DNA of 64,000 nucleotides from an uncultured Acidobacteriota bacterium (lineage in GTDB: Bacteria; Acidobacteriota; UBA6911). A program made the position numbers and the translations under genes. Positions 1 to 9,900 of the stretch are shown one piece after another. Every line of letters starts with the position of its first letter. The stretch's first letter is position 1. The notes below the pieces were generated by a model. That model did not search any database. It was not told the origin of the DNA and saw nothing but the letters and a program-made list of their open reading frames with translations. The stretch is from the NCBI GenBank assembly GCA_963843575.1, contig CAWJKZ010000017.1:1-64000 (forward strand), written 5' to 3'.

Positions 1-362
1 TTAGGGATGGTGCGGGGGAGCTGATACGAGTCAGGGTGAAATACCGGGTCCACCACCGGCTCAAGCACCATCTTTGCGACCGTCTGCGCAACTCTGTCGG
101 CCACAGTGGGAATACCAAGTGGGCGGGTGCCGCCGCTTTCCTTCTCGATCTCAACAAGCCGCACGGGCGGCGGGAAATACGAACCCGACGACATCCGATT
201 CCAGATCTTGTACAGGTTGCCCTTCAGATCTTTCTCGAATGCCGCCAGCGACTCGCCATCCACGCCCGCTGCCCCGCGGTTCACCTTCACCCGCTGGTAC
301 GCTTCCCAGACGAGTTGCTTCGGAATGGTGTAAGGCTTTGCCTCGGCGCCGGCTCCTCCCAT
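1..362 (-). CDS. ltrA: Group II intron reverse transcriptase/maturase, N-terminal part (not in ORF track, no stop in window)
   Basis: Manual translation from ATG 362: MGGAGAEAKPYTIPKQLVWEAYQRVKVNRGAAGVDGESL...NLYKIWNRMSSGSYFPPPVRLVEIEK...RPLGIPTVADRVAQ...FHPDSY, typical of class D IEPs. Confidence 0.92.
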   Translation of the reverse strand, partial: MGGAGAEAKPYTIPKQLVWEAYQRVKVNRGAAGVDGESLAAFEKDLKGNLYKIWNRMSSGSYFPPPVRLVEIEKESGGTRPLGIPTVADRVAQTVAKMVLEPVVDPVFHPDSYQLPRTIP

Positions 363-894
363 CGCTGGTTGACTTATGCCCTCGGCCGATTCGTTGGGCT
401 ACCTCGCTCCACCCGCATTACCAGGCTTCATCGCTACGACGAGCCCATCCGCCCCTTCGCCTCGCATCGGTACTCGGCTCCTCATGGGTCCACCACTTGG
501 AGATCTTCCTTAACGTCGAGGCGATAGGTTCCCGCGTTCCGCACAGAGCCTGTGCTGGGCTCACGCCGCCTTTGTGCCGGTCACCACTCGGGCGGTCGGC
601 GGCTTCTCCCGAGCTTCGTCCCGAGCCAACAACCGGAGCCCGGTTTTGATGACGTCAATACGCTTTCGACACGTTATCAGCGGTTCACTCACGTTCGTCT
701 TCCCAGCCCTCACCTGACGGGTTTGTCCCGCCTTTTTCGAAACGCTCACCACCTCGGCCGTTCGACCAGAGCCACTTCCGGTGGTTTGGACCCTGGCCCT
801 GCAGCCCGAGTCCGAGGGGCCTCCCTCATCTCTTGTGCAGCATGGCTGCTTCAGGTGGCCATTACGGCCTCCTCTCCGCGCCTTCGCGGCGCAC
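1..894 (-). mobile_element. Inner group II intron (RmInt1-like, bacterial class D), 5' part; runs off window
   Basis: Minus strand begins GTGCGCCGCGAAGGCGCGG at 894 (GUGYG consensus); about 530 nt of ribozyme-like leader (GTGAACCGCTGATAACGTGTCGAAAG, GGAACGCGGGAACC, GTAGCGATGAAGCCTGGTAATGCGGGTGGAGCGAGG) precedes an RT ORF. Confidence 0.88.
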
Positions 895-1654
895 TATCAT
901 CTGCGAATCTGGCGTACTCGATCACCGCCCTTCCCGCCTGACGTGAGACCTCTTTCGCCCGCTCCAGCATCCTGTCCACTTCATTCAGGTACAAGTTACT
1001 GAGCAACGGCGATATCACCCCACCTTGCGGAACACCCTGCTTCCCCGACGCTTTCAGAATCAATCTGAGCAGCCACAGAACATCTTCATCGCTCACTCGA
1101 CGGGCCACCTTCTCCAGCACGATGTGATGCCGTACCGTGTCGAAGTAGCTCCGCAGATCAAGATCGATGACGTAGCTCTTGCCCTCAATGATCGCTTCCG
1201 CAACGCGCCGTAGCGCAGCGTGCGCTGTCTTCTTCGGCCGGTAGCCAAACGACCCCGGTTGGAAGTCTGCTTCGAAGATCGGTTCCAGGATGAGCTTCAG
1301 CGCCCCCTGGACCACACGGTCACGAATCGATGGAATCGAAAGCTGGCGAAACTTTCCGCCCTCCTTCGGTATCTCCACCTTCCGCGCCCGTTGGGGCCGG
1401 TAGCTCCGCTGCTCCAGCTCCTCTCGAAGCCGGTCGAGAAATCCCTCAGTCCCCTCAGCCTCAATCGCCTCGAATGTCACCCCGTCTATTCCTGGGGCTC
1501 CACCGTTGCTCTTCGCCAGCTGATAGGCTTCCCTGAGCGTCTCCCGCTTGCAGACGTGCACATACAAACCCCAAAACCGCCAACTCGGTTCAGCCTTCGC
1601 CTTGACGTATAGTCTTCGTCTCAGGTCCTGCAGACTCACGGGTGCCTTTGTCAT
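895..1654 (-). CDS. ltrA: Group II intron RT/maturase interrupted right after the FADD motif
   Basis: ORF 851..1654 has RT0-RT5 (GAPGIDG, IPSIRDRVVQ, GSFGYRP, GVPQGGVISPLL, YARFADD), then 14 out-of-family residues read from the inner intron. Confidence 0.93.
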
Positions 1655-2170
1655 CTCACCCCTGCCTCCCTTTCTGACTCAGACGCCATGTGCAGCAAGG
1701 CCCCTTCGCTCCACGGGTGTTACCCCGCTTCCCCGCTACTACGGACCTGGCCGCCACCGTCTCGCCTTCGGCCGCTTTCCCGGTTTGAGCCGGTTATACG
1801 GCCTACCTTGCTCCACCGATTTCTCGATGGGGAGAGGACGGTTTCTCCAGTTGCTCAGCGTGCCCTCGTCACCGTGCTGTCCCTACCACCCCGCCGGAGT
1901 GACCTGCCGCATCAGTCAGTTTGCGACATCCCATGCTGCCTTCGCCCTACCTTAGGGGGCTCGGCCTCCGGGGTATATTTTTTGTCGGGGCCACCTGTGG
2001 GTTCACTTTCGTTACGGCCCGGCAACTCGCTCACCATCCCAAGGACGGCTTTGTCAGTCGGCTTCATCAGCTTCGTTTCCTCCACTGATGCGACTCAAGC
2101 TACAAGACTCTGACTCTTATCTTGGTGGGTCTACCTCCCACTGGAACACGCCAGCCTTCGCTGGACACAC
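895..2170 (-). mobile_element. Outer group II intron, 5' part (class E/F-like, class not resolved), interrupted at 894/895
   Basis: Minus strand starts GTGTGTCCAGCGAAGGCTGGCG at 2170; domain I motifs GGAGGCCGAGCC...GGGCGAAGGC and GCAACTGGAGAAACC; RT starts at 1654. Confidence 0.85.
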
Positions 2171-2397
2171 TAGGGTGAAAAAACTCGGCCGGTCTGCAAG
2201 TGACTGAAGCGGCGGCTCTTGCCGAAGCCGCCGCGAGCCCTGTTTCGGACCGGTTGACAGGAACCCGCCGATCCCGGATGCTGCGTCTTTTCATGCCGCA
2301 TTCGGAGAGACATGAAGTTCGAAACGGCTATGGGCCATGTAAGGGAGAGAACCTGAGATGTTGTGGTATGTATCTGGATTAATGAGACTTACAGGCT

Positions 2398-2474
2398 TGG
2401 TAGCGACGGGTGGAATCGAACCACCGACCTTGGGGTTATGAATCCCACGCTCTAACCGACTGAGCTACGTCGCC
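2398..2474 (-). tRNA. tRNA-Met (CAT), probably elongator
   Basis: GGCGACGTAGCTCAGTCGGTTAGAGCGTGGGATTCATAACCCCAAGGTCGGTGGTTCGATTCCACCCGTCGCTACCA: cloverleaf, TTCGA T-loop, encoded CCA. Confidence 0.95.
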
Positions 2475-2680
2475 ACTCTGGACGCGAACAAGGCAGCGCA
2501 GCATTTTGCGGCCTCAAGCCCCCATTTTTCAAGGCCTAATTGAGTCGGCGCACCGAACCGTCCCCCGCGCGCCGCGCATTTTCATGCAACCGGCAGAGAC
2601 GTCCGGCGTCTAATAGGGAGCACCTCAAACGGCCGAGTCCCCATGTCCGACCGGCGTCCCCACTCGCGGGAGGACACACC

Positions 2681-4264
2681 ATGAAGATCCCCAAGCGCTT
2701 CCTGTGCCGCGCAGGCCTCCTTCTGTTCGTCTTTCCACTTCACGCCCAGGACGGCAAGCTCGAGATCGTGAACCCCGGGTCCAGGGAGCTCAAGAGAAGC
2801 GCCTTCCGACTGCGCATGCCTGCCGAGCGGCTGAAAAACGCGCGCGCGGCGCTGCAGGAGGCGACCGACATCGCCAGGCTCGCCCGCCCCATCCCCGTGC
2901 GGCACTTCTTTCAGCTCGGCGACTTCTGGGTCCAGCTCAACCGCGCCAAGGCCGAGGAAGCCATCAATGGCATGCTTGCGACCCTGCGCACGGCGGCACA
3001 GGGGGCCACGGCATCCAGCCAGTACCGCGACGCCACAACCGCCGCCCAGATGCTCATCGGCTCTCTCTCCCAGGTCGACCCCGACCAGTCCATTCAATGG
3101 GCACGGGAGTGGCCCAAGCCCTCCCCGTCGCTCGGGCCGGAGTCACTGGCCGGCGACGACGGACTCGAACGGCAACTCCGCCGATCGGCCCTGCAGCGCC
3201 TGGCTTACACCGACCCCGAGGCTGCGCTCAGGATATGGTCGGCCGGACCCGATCGCGCCACCGACGACTACGATGTGCGCGGGCCGCTCGCCGCTCAACT
3301 GGCGCAGACCGGACGCACCGAAGAGGCCGACAAGATCATCGATCGCACGCTTGCGGAATTCGCCGCCGCCAAGCCCGATCCCTCGGTCTGGAACAGCTAT
3401 GGCAACTTCCTTTCCTCCCTGTCCCAGGCAGCGCCCGACCGCTTCCTGGAAGCCTTCCGCCTCTGGGCCCGGAACCCGCCTCCCCCAACCCCGGGAACAA
3501 GCAGCACCATGCTCCCCGCGGGCGACCAGGCCATACCCCTGGACTCGAGCGAGGCGGCAGCGCTCAACATCCTGAGGAGTATCGGCTCCCGACCCGAGCT
3601 GATGATGAAGGCACTCGACAGCGTGCCGACCCTCAAAGCCAAAATCGACCAGGCGGGAGGGATCGATCGGGCACTCAACGGCCAGGGGTTCATGCGGGAC
3701 CGCATTCTCGTGCAAAATCCCGATGGTTCCCTCCGGACCGCGGCTGCGGATCCCGACAAACCTTCCGCCCCCACACTTTTCAGCGAGCTGCGCGGCAAGT
3801 CGGCAAAAAATCCCCAGCTCGTGCGCAACAGACTCGCCTCCGTCGCTAACCCGGAGGCTGTGGGCCAGTTGCTGCAGATCGCCATGATGAGCGTCGGGCA
3901 GGATCCGGACCTGACCTGCCTCGCGGTCGAGATGGCGCGCCCCATCGTGCTTCGCATCGACCCACCCGCCCGCCGCCTGTCCTACTTCCAGCAGTTAGTC
4001 ATGACCACCAGGCAATGCGAGGGCGAGGTCGATTCCAGTCTGATCAAAGAAGGATTTATCCTGGCCGACGAGCTGCGGGAGAGGGACGGATTTCCCCCGG
4101 CAAAGCCGGGGTATTCGGCGGCGGACCAGCTCGAAGCGAACCTCCTGTCCGAGCTGGCGCGCGACAACTTCGGCGCCGCGATCCGCTACGTGCGCAGCAT
4201 GTCCGAAGACCAGCAGAAACTGGGTGCGCTCATGCGCATCCTCCAGGCCTGCAGGCAGTATTAA
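2681..4264 (+). CDS. Secreted alpha-helical hypothetical protein
   Basis: GGAGG RBS before ATG 2681; signal peptide MKIPKRFLCRAGLLLFVFPLHA. Confidence 0.75.
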   Translation: MKIPKRFLCRAGLLLFVFPLHAQDGKLEIVNPGSRELKRSAFRLRMPAERLKNARAALQEATDIARLARPIPVRHFFQLGDFWVQLNRAKAEEAINGMLATLRTAAQGATASSQYRDATTAAQMLIGSLSQVDPDQSIQWAREWPKPSPSLGPESLAGDDGLERQLRRSALQRLAYTDPEAALRIWSAGPDRATDDYDVRGPLAAQLAQTGRTEEADKIIDRTLAEFAAAKPDPSVWNSYGNFLSSLSQAAPDRFLEAFRLWARNPPPPTPGTSSTMLPAGDQAIPLDSSEAAALNILRSIGSRPELMMKALDSVPTLKAKIDQAGGIDRALNGQGFMRDRILVQNPDGSLRTAAADPDKPSAPTLFSELRGKSAKNPQLVRNRLASVANPEAVGQLLQIAMMSVGQDPDLTCLAVEMARPIVLRIDPPARRLSYFQQLVMTTRQCEGEVDSSLIKEGFILADELRERDGFPPAKPGYSAADQLEANLLSELARDNFGAAIRYVRSMSEDQQKLGALMRILQACRQY

Positions 4265-4290
4265 TAACTCCGCCTGACATCAACCGAGTC

Positions 4291-4851
4291 TTATGGCGAG
4301 GGCTTCGAGATCGGCGACGAAAAGCCGTTTCTCGCGCCGCCGCGTTTCGCGTCAGGAGCACGCAAAATCGAAGAAGGGTGGACTGTTGCCACAACCACCG
4401 GTGCAACCGGCGACTCCACGAATTCGCCGCGAATGAGCGAGAACCGGGAAGGGGCATGATCCGGACTTCCAAGACTACAGAAGGGCCGCGCCGAGCCGTC
4501 GCGCCCAGGCAGACGGCGTGCGGCTTGACCACGGTAAGCTCCGCCTCCAGCCACGGACGGTAGGCCCTGATTTCGGCCCCGTTCGGTTTCGCGTGGATGC
4601 GGCTGCCGCGCGATCCCGGCAGCTATCGCCTCGTCCAGGAGGCCAGCCCGCAGGGCTCACGGACGGCTTGCCCGCCAAATCCTCCTCATTCCCCGGCCGC
4701 TCGCCGACAAACATGATCGTGGAACTTCGGCGTCCTTCCCCGAATACCGTCTGGGTGCCGCGCTTCCACAACGGGCAGGCACGGCAGACCGCAGCCGCCT
4801 TCCTCAGGGCTGGAAGCGTCGGCCGCGCCCTGATCAGTTTCCCACCCGCAT
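4291..4851 (-). pseudogene. udgX: UdgX-type (family 4) uracil-DNA glycosylase pseudogene
   Basis: Fragments in different frames: CRACPLWKRGTQTVFGEG...FVGERPGNEEDLAGKP; RIHAKP...PWLEAEL..VKP..VCLGATA; VVATVHPSSILRAPD. Frameshifts plus an internal deletion. Confidence 0.8.
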
Positions 4852-4900
4852 CCTTCCCCGAATCACGCCTTGACTAACGAACGGCCGGCAATGCAGAATT

Positions 4901-4920
4901 AGGTGAATAAAAGGTGAATA
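4901..4920. promoter_or_regulatory. Candidate LexA (SOS) box, GAAT-N7-GAAT direct repeat
   Basis: AGGTGAATA at 4901 and 4912 (11-bp period) overlapping the imuA start; resembles the GTTC-N7-GTTC type of box. Confidence 0.6.
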
Positions 4921-5636
4921 TGCAATCCGTCTTGCCTGTGAAAATCCAGCCGAACGATCCTCGGGGCGAACCCAAAGGGGCACGCAGTGCCGGGGCAATA
5001 CAATGTGTGCCGACCGGGATCGAGGCCATCGACCGCATTTGTGCCGGGCTGCGCGGGGGCGCGATGGCCGAGCTCTACGGGCCGCCATCGAGTGGCAAGA
5101 CGACCGTGCTGCACTCCGCCCTGGCACAGATCACGGCCCGGGGAGAGGTCTGCGCGGTGGTCGATGTCGGGGATGCCCTTGACCCGGATTCCGCTCAATG
5201 CTCCGGTGTCGACCTGAACCGACTGCTTTGGGTGCGATGCGGCGGCCAGCTGGATAAAGCATTGAAAATAGCGGATATGCTGCTGCATGGCGGCGGTTTC
5301 GGATTGATATCCCTGGATTTGGGTGACCTGGCGGCGACGGCAATCCGCAGGATCCAGATGATGTACTGGTTCCGTTTCCGGCGCGCCGCGGAAGATTCCG
5401 GCAGCATTTTTCTCCTCATCTCCCCGCTCCACATAACCGGCTCCTGCGCCGCCCTGACATTGCAGGCGAAAACCGGTACCCCGCGCTGGCGCGGTTCACG
5501 GCAGTTTCCATTTCTGGACTCGCTCGAATACCGCATGAGCTTCGGCCGGCTACGGGCCGGCCAGGTGCCATCGAATACAACGGGCGAAATATGTATGCGT
5601 GCATTTATGGACCCGCGCTCACGGAAGGTCAGCTAG
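4914..5636 (+). CDS. imuA: ImuA, RecA-like translesion accessory protein
   Basis: Walker A GPPSSGKT, GVDLNRLLWVR, GGGFGLISLDL; first gene of imuB-dnaE2 operon. Confidence 0.88.
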   Translation: MNMQSVLPVKIQPNDPRGEPKGARSAGAIQCVPTGIEAIDRICAGLRGGAMAELYGPPSSGKTTVLHSALAQITARGEVCAVVDVGDALDPDSAQCSGVDLNRLLWVRCGGQLDKALKIADMLLHGGGFGLISLDLGDLAATAIRRIQMMYWFRFRRAAEDSGSIFLLISPLHITGSCAALTLQAKTGTPRWRGSRQFPFLDSLEYRMSFGRLRAGQVPSNTTGEICMRAFMDPRSRKVS

Positions 5637-6922
5637 CGCTTCTGATCCGGTGCGGATATGGTTTCTCCCCGCACGTGGAGAGGACGGGGCCCAACATGGT
5701 CGTCCTGGACGCCCGGGGGAGCGGGCAGCTGTTTGGGTCGCCAGAAGCGCTTTGCGCCCGGATAGGCACCGAAGCGCGCCGCGCCGGAATGAAGGTGCGG
5801 GTGGCCATCGCCGGGGATCCGGATACGGCGGTGCTGGCCGCGCACGGGTTCGAGACCGACATCGTCGTCCCGCCCGGCCGGGAAGGCGATTCCCTCGCCT
5901 CCCTGCCCATTCAGGCCTTGGCGGCGTTTCCGCTCAGCCAACAACCGGGACGTGGAGTGTCCGGCAAAGCGGCCGAGAATCCTTGCGCCGCCCTCGAGCT
6001 GTGGGGGGTGAGGACACTCGGGCAGTTGGCGTCGCTGCCGGAGTCGGGCGTCTTCGAGCGGCTCGGGGCCGAGGGTGTGGCGCTGCAACAACTCGCCCGG
6101 GGGGTGCGGCGGCGGCCCCTGCTGCCGATCCGGCCCGCCCCCGGACTCTCCCAATCGATCGAACTGGAGCACCCGATCCCCGAGCGGGAGGCGCTCCTTT
6201 TCGTGCTCGGCAGCCTGATCAACCAGCTCTGCGCGAAACTCGAGGCGCACGCGTTCGCGGCGCGCGAGCTGCATCTTGGGCTGGTCCTGGAAAAGGGCGT
6301 CGACAGGGAGCGTTCCATCCGGCTCGCCTCCGCCACCCGCGACCACCGGCTGCTTCTAAAGCTCGCTGACGTCGAACTCGAGACGCACCCCCCCGAATCG
6401 GCGGTCACGGTGGTGACCGTATCCGCCGACCCGGCCAAACCGCGCACGACACAAAAAGGGCTGTTCTCACCCGCGTCCCCTGAGCCGGAAAAACTCGAGC
6501 TGCACATGGCCAGGATTGCCAAACTGGTCGGCAGGGAGAATGTCGGATCGCCCGAGTTGCTCGACAGCCATCGGCCGCAGGCATTCCGGATAAAGCACTT
6601 CCAACCTTCGAGCACAGGCACGGTGAGGGAGAAGGGAGAAAGGGCCCCGGCGCTCAGGGTCTTCCGTCCTCCTCTGAAGGCTTCCGTCAGCCTGGAGAGC
6701 AACCTGCCGGCCCGGTTGACGGCAGCGGGCGGCAAGGCACAGGCGGGTCTGCGCGGGAGGGTGATCCGGGCCGCGGGTCCCTGGCGCACTTCCGGCGACT
6801 GGTGGGGTGAAACTCGCTGGGCACGCGACGAGTGGGACGTCCAGCTCGACGGCGGTTCGGTCTGCCGCATTTACCGTGACGCCATCGCCGGAGCCTGGTT
6901 TGTGGAAGGGGTATACGACTGA
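5591..6922 (+). CDS. imuB: ImuB, inactive Y-family polymerase
   Basis: FSPHVE, GVRTLGQLA, QKGLF clamp-binding motif, C-terminal AGPWRTSGDWW...EGVYD. Confidence 0.9.
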   Translation: MYACIYGPALTEGQLALLIRCGYGFSPHVERTGPNMVVLDARGSGQLFGSPEALCARIGTEARRAGMKVRVAIAGDPDTAVLAAHGFETDIVVPPGREGDSLASLPIQALAAFPLSQQPGRGVSGKAAENPCAALELWGVRTLGQLASLPESGVFERLGAEGVALQQLARGVRRRPLLPIRPAPGLSQSIELEHPIPEREALLFVLGSLINQLCAKLEAHAFAARELHLGLVLEKGVDRERSIRLASATRDHRLLLKLADVELETHPPESAVTVVTVSADPAKPRTTQKGLFSPASPEPEKLELHMARIAKLVGRENVGSPELLDSHRPQAFRIKHFQPSSTGTVREKGERAPALRVFRPPLKASVSLESNLPARLTAAGGKAQAGLRGRVIRAAGPWRTSGDWWGETRWARDEWDVQLDGGSVCRIYRDAIAGAWFVEGVYD

Positions 6923-9900
6923 TGTACGTCGAGCTGCACGCGCGCTCGGCCTTCAGCTTCCTGGAAGGCGCGTCGCTGCCCGAAGAGCTGGCTGGACGGG
7001 CCGCCGCTCTCGACATGCCCGCGCTTGCCCTGCTGGACCGCGACGGCGTGTTCGGTGCGCCGCGCTTCCACCTCGCCGCCAGGAAGGCGGGGGTGCGTGC
7101 GCACATAGGATCGGAGATCACGCTCGCCGACGGTTCCAGGCTGCCGCTTCTTGCCCGCAACCGCACCGGGTATCAAAACCTCTGCAGGCTGGTCACACGC
7201 ATGAAGCTGCGAGCCGCCAAGGGGAACGCCTCCGCCACCCGCGAAGACCTCGCCACGTTCTCCGACGGTTTGATCTGCCTCACCGGGGGCTCCGACGGGC
7301 CTCTGGCGCGGTCCTTGGATGAGGGTCCCGAGGCCGCCGCCCGCGAGGCGGAAGATTTGTCGCGCATCTTTGGGCCGGAAAACGTCTACCTGGAAATCCA
7401 GCGCCATTTCAGCCGCGAGGAGGAGGCCCGCACCCAGGCCCTCGCCGCAATCTCGGGGAAGACGGGGCTCCCGCTGCTGGCCACAAATGGAGTCAGGCAC
7501 TGCAGGCCCGAGCAGCGCCGCATACTGGACGTGCTCGCCTGCGTGCGGCACAAAAAGACTCTCGAGACCGCGGGAAGGCTGCTTGCCCAGAACTCGGAAC
7601 GTCACCTCAAGGATCCACGGGAAATGGCCCGTTTGTTTCCCGACTTCCCGGAAGCCGTGGCCCGCACGGCCGAGGTGTCTGCCAGGCTCGAGTTTACCCT
7701 GGCCGACCTTGGGTACGAGTTCCCGCGCTATCCCGTCCCCCCGGGGGAGAGCATGATGTCGTTTCTCCGCAAACGGACGGATGAGGGGGCGCGAAACCGC
7801 TACCGTCCGTACCACGCGCGCGCGCGCCGCCAGATCGCGCGTGAACTCGAGCTCATCGAGAAACTCCGGCTCGCGGGATATTTCCTGATCGTCTGGGACA
7901 TCGTGAACTTCTGCCGCGACCACGGCATTCTCGTCCAGGGCCGGGGATCGGCGGCCAACAGTGCCGTGTGTTATTCGCTCGGGATAACGGCCGTGGATCC
8001 GGTGGGGATGGACCTGCTCTTCGAGAGGTTTCTGTCCGAGGAACGCGGCGAGTGGCCGGACATCGACCTCGATCTCCCGAGTGGGGACCAGAGGGAACGG
8101 GCCATCCAATACGTCTATCAGCGCTATGGCAAGCTGGGGGCAGCGATGACGGCCAACGTCATCACCTACCGCGGACGTTCCGCGGCGCGGGAGGTCGGCA
8201 AAGCCCTCGGATTTGACGGGTCCACGCTGAACAGGCTGTGCAGCCTGGTACGCGCCTGGGAATGGCACGACCCAAAGGATACGGCCGAGCGCCAGTTCCG
8301 GGATACCGGGCTGGACCTGCAGGACACCCGCATCCGGACCTTTCTTCGGTTGTACCAATCCGTCATGGAACTGCCGCGGCACCTGGGCCAGCATTCGGGG
8401 GGGATGGTCATCTGCCAGGGTCAACTCGACTCGATTGTCCCCGTCGAGCCCGCAACGATGCCGGGGAGGGCCGTGGTTCAGTGGGACAAGGACGACTGCG
8501 CCGCCATGGGGATCCTGAAGGTCGACCTGCTGGGATTGGGTATGATGGCGGTCCTCGAAGATACAATCACCCTTATCCGGAATGCCTACGGCGAGGAGGT
8601 TGATCTCGCCCACCTTCCGCCGGACGACCCGGATGTTTACGCGAGCCTCCGGGATGCCGACACCATCGGCATGTTCCAGGTCGAGAGTCGCGCGCAGATG
8701 GCCTGCCTCCCGCGCCTGCAGCCGCGTGTCTTTTACGACATCGTGGTCCAGGTGGCCATCATCCGGCCGGGCCCGATCGTCGGCAAAATGGTGAACCCTT
8801 ATCTCCAGCGCCGGCAGGGGCGCGAACCGCCGGATTGCCTGCACCCTTCGCTGGAACCGGTCCTGAGACGCACCCTCGGGGTGCCGCTCTTCCAGGAGCA
8901 GCTTCTGAAGATGGCGATGATCTGTGCCGGCTTTACGGGCGGCGAGGCGGAGGAACTGCGCCGCGCATTCGGGTTCAAGCGCCCCGAAGCCCGGATGCAG
9001 GACGTCGAGGTCAAGCTGCGCAGCGGTATGCAGAAAAACGGGATCACGGGGGCGCAGCAGGACGCGATCGTCCAATCGATCACCTCCTTCGCCCTCTATG
9101 GTTTTCCGGAATCCCACGCGGCGAGCTTCGCGCTCCTGGCTTATGCGAGCGCCTACCTCAAATGTCATTACCCGGCGGCCTTCACCGCCGCGCTTCTGAA
9201 TAACCAGCCCATGGGGTTCTACCACCCGGCCACCATCGTAAAGGACGCGCAACGCCATGGCCTAAGGGTGAAACCGATCGACATCACCCGTTCGGACTGG
9301 GGCTGCACGGTTGAATCGGAGCAGGCTGGGAAAACGCTCAGGCTCGGACTTAAATACGTAAAGGGGCTGCGCGAGTCTGCGGGCAAGGCCATTGCCGCTG
9401 AGAGGTGCCGGCTGCGTTTCGCGGGCATCGACGACCTGTGGCGGCGAGTTCCCGGGCTGCAGAAGGGCGAGGTGCGTGCGCTCGCGGCCTCCGGAGCTCT
9501 CAACTTCATCCAGGCCGGCCCGGCGACGCCCCACCGCCGGGATGCTCTGTGGCAGGCCGAACGTCTCGGCCGCTCCAAAGGAGCGCTATACGAGCGCCTG
9601 GTCGAGTCGGACGCCGGGTCGCCGCTGCAAATCATGACCGAGGAGGAACGGATCTCGGCCGATTTTCGTGTCACAGGTCTGACCACGGGACGCCATCCGA
9701 TGGCGCTGCGCCGGGCAGAAGTGAGGCGTCTCGGGGCCGTGCGCGCCGCGGACCTGAAGCGGCTGCCCAACGGCGTCCCGGTGCGCGTCGCCGGCTGCGT
9801 CATCGTGAGGCAGCGCCCGGGGACTGCCAAGGGATTCGTTTTCCTCAGCATGGAGGACGAAACCGGGATCGCCAATATCATCATCGAGCCGGAGCTTTTC

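Noticed and set aside
32-41. AGGGTGAAA shared by inner RT (FHP codons) and the outer intron's 5' exon (2172-2180)
   Set aside because: Only 9 bp, and no GTGTG intron start follows it in the RT; probably chance
36-1002. Plus-strand ORFs over the introns
   Set aside because: Antisense shadows of the RT and ribozyme
851-1654. Retron, DGR or defence RT
   Set aside because: Group II intron IEP motifs and GUGYG-started ribozyme; no template/variable repeat pair or effector seen
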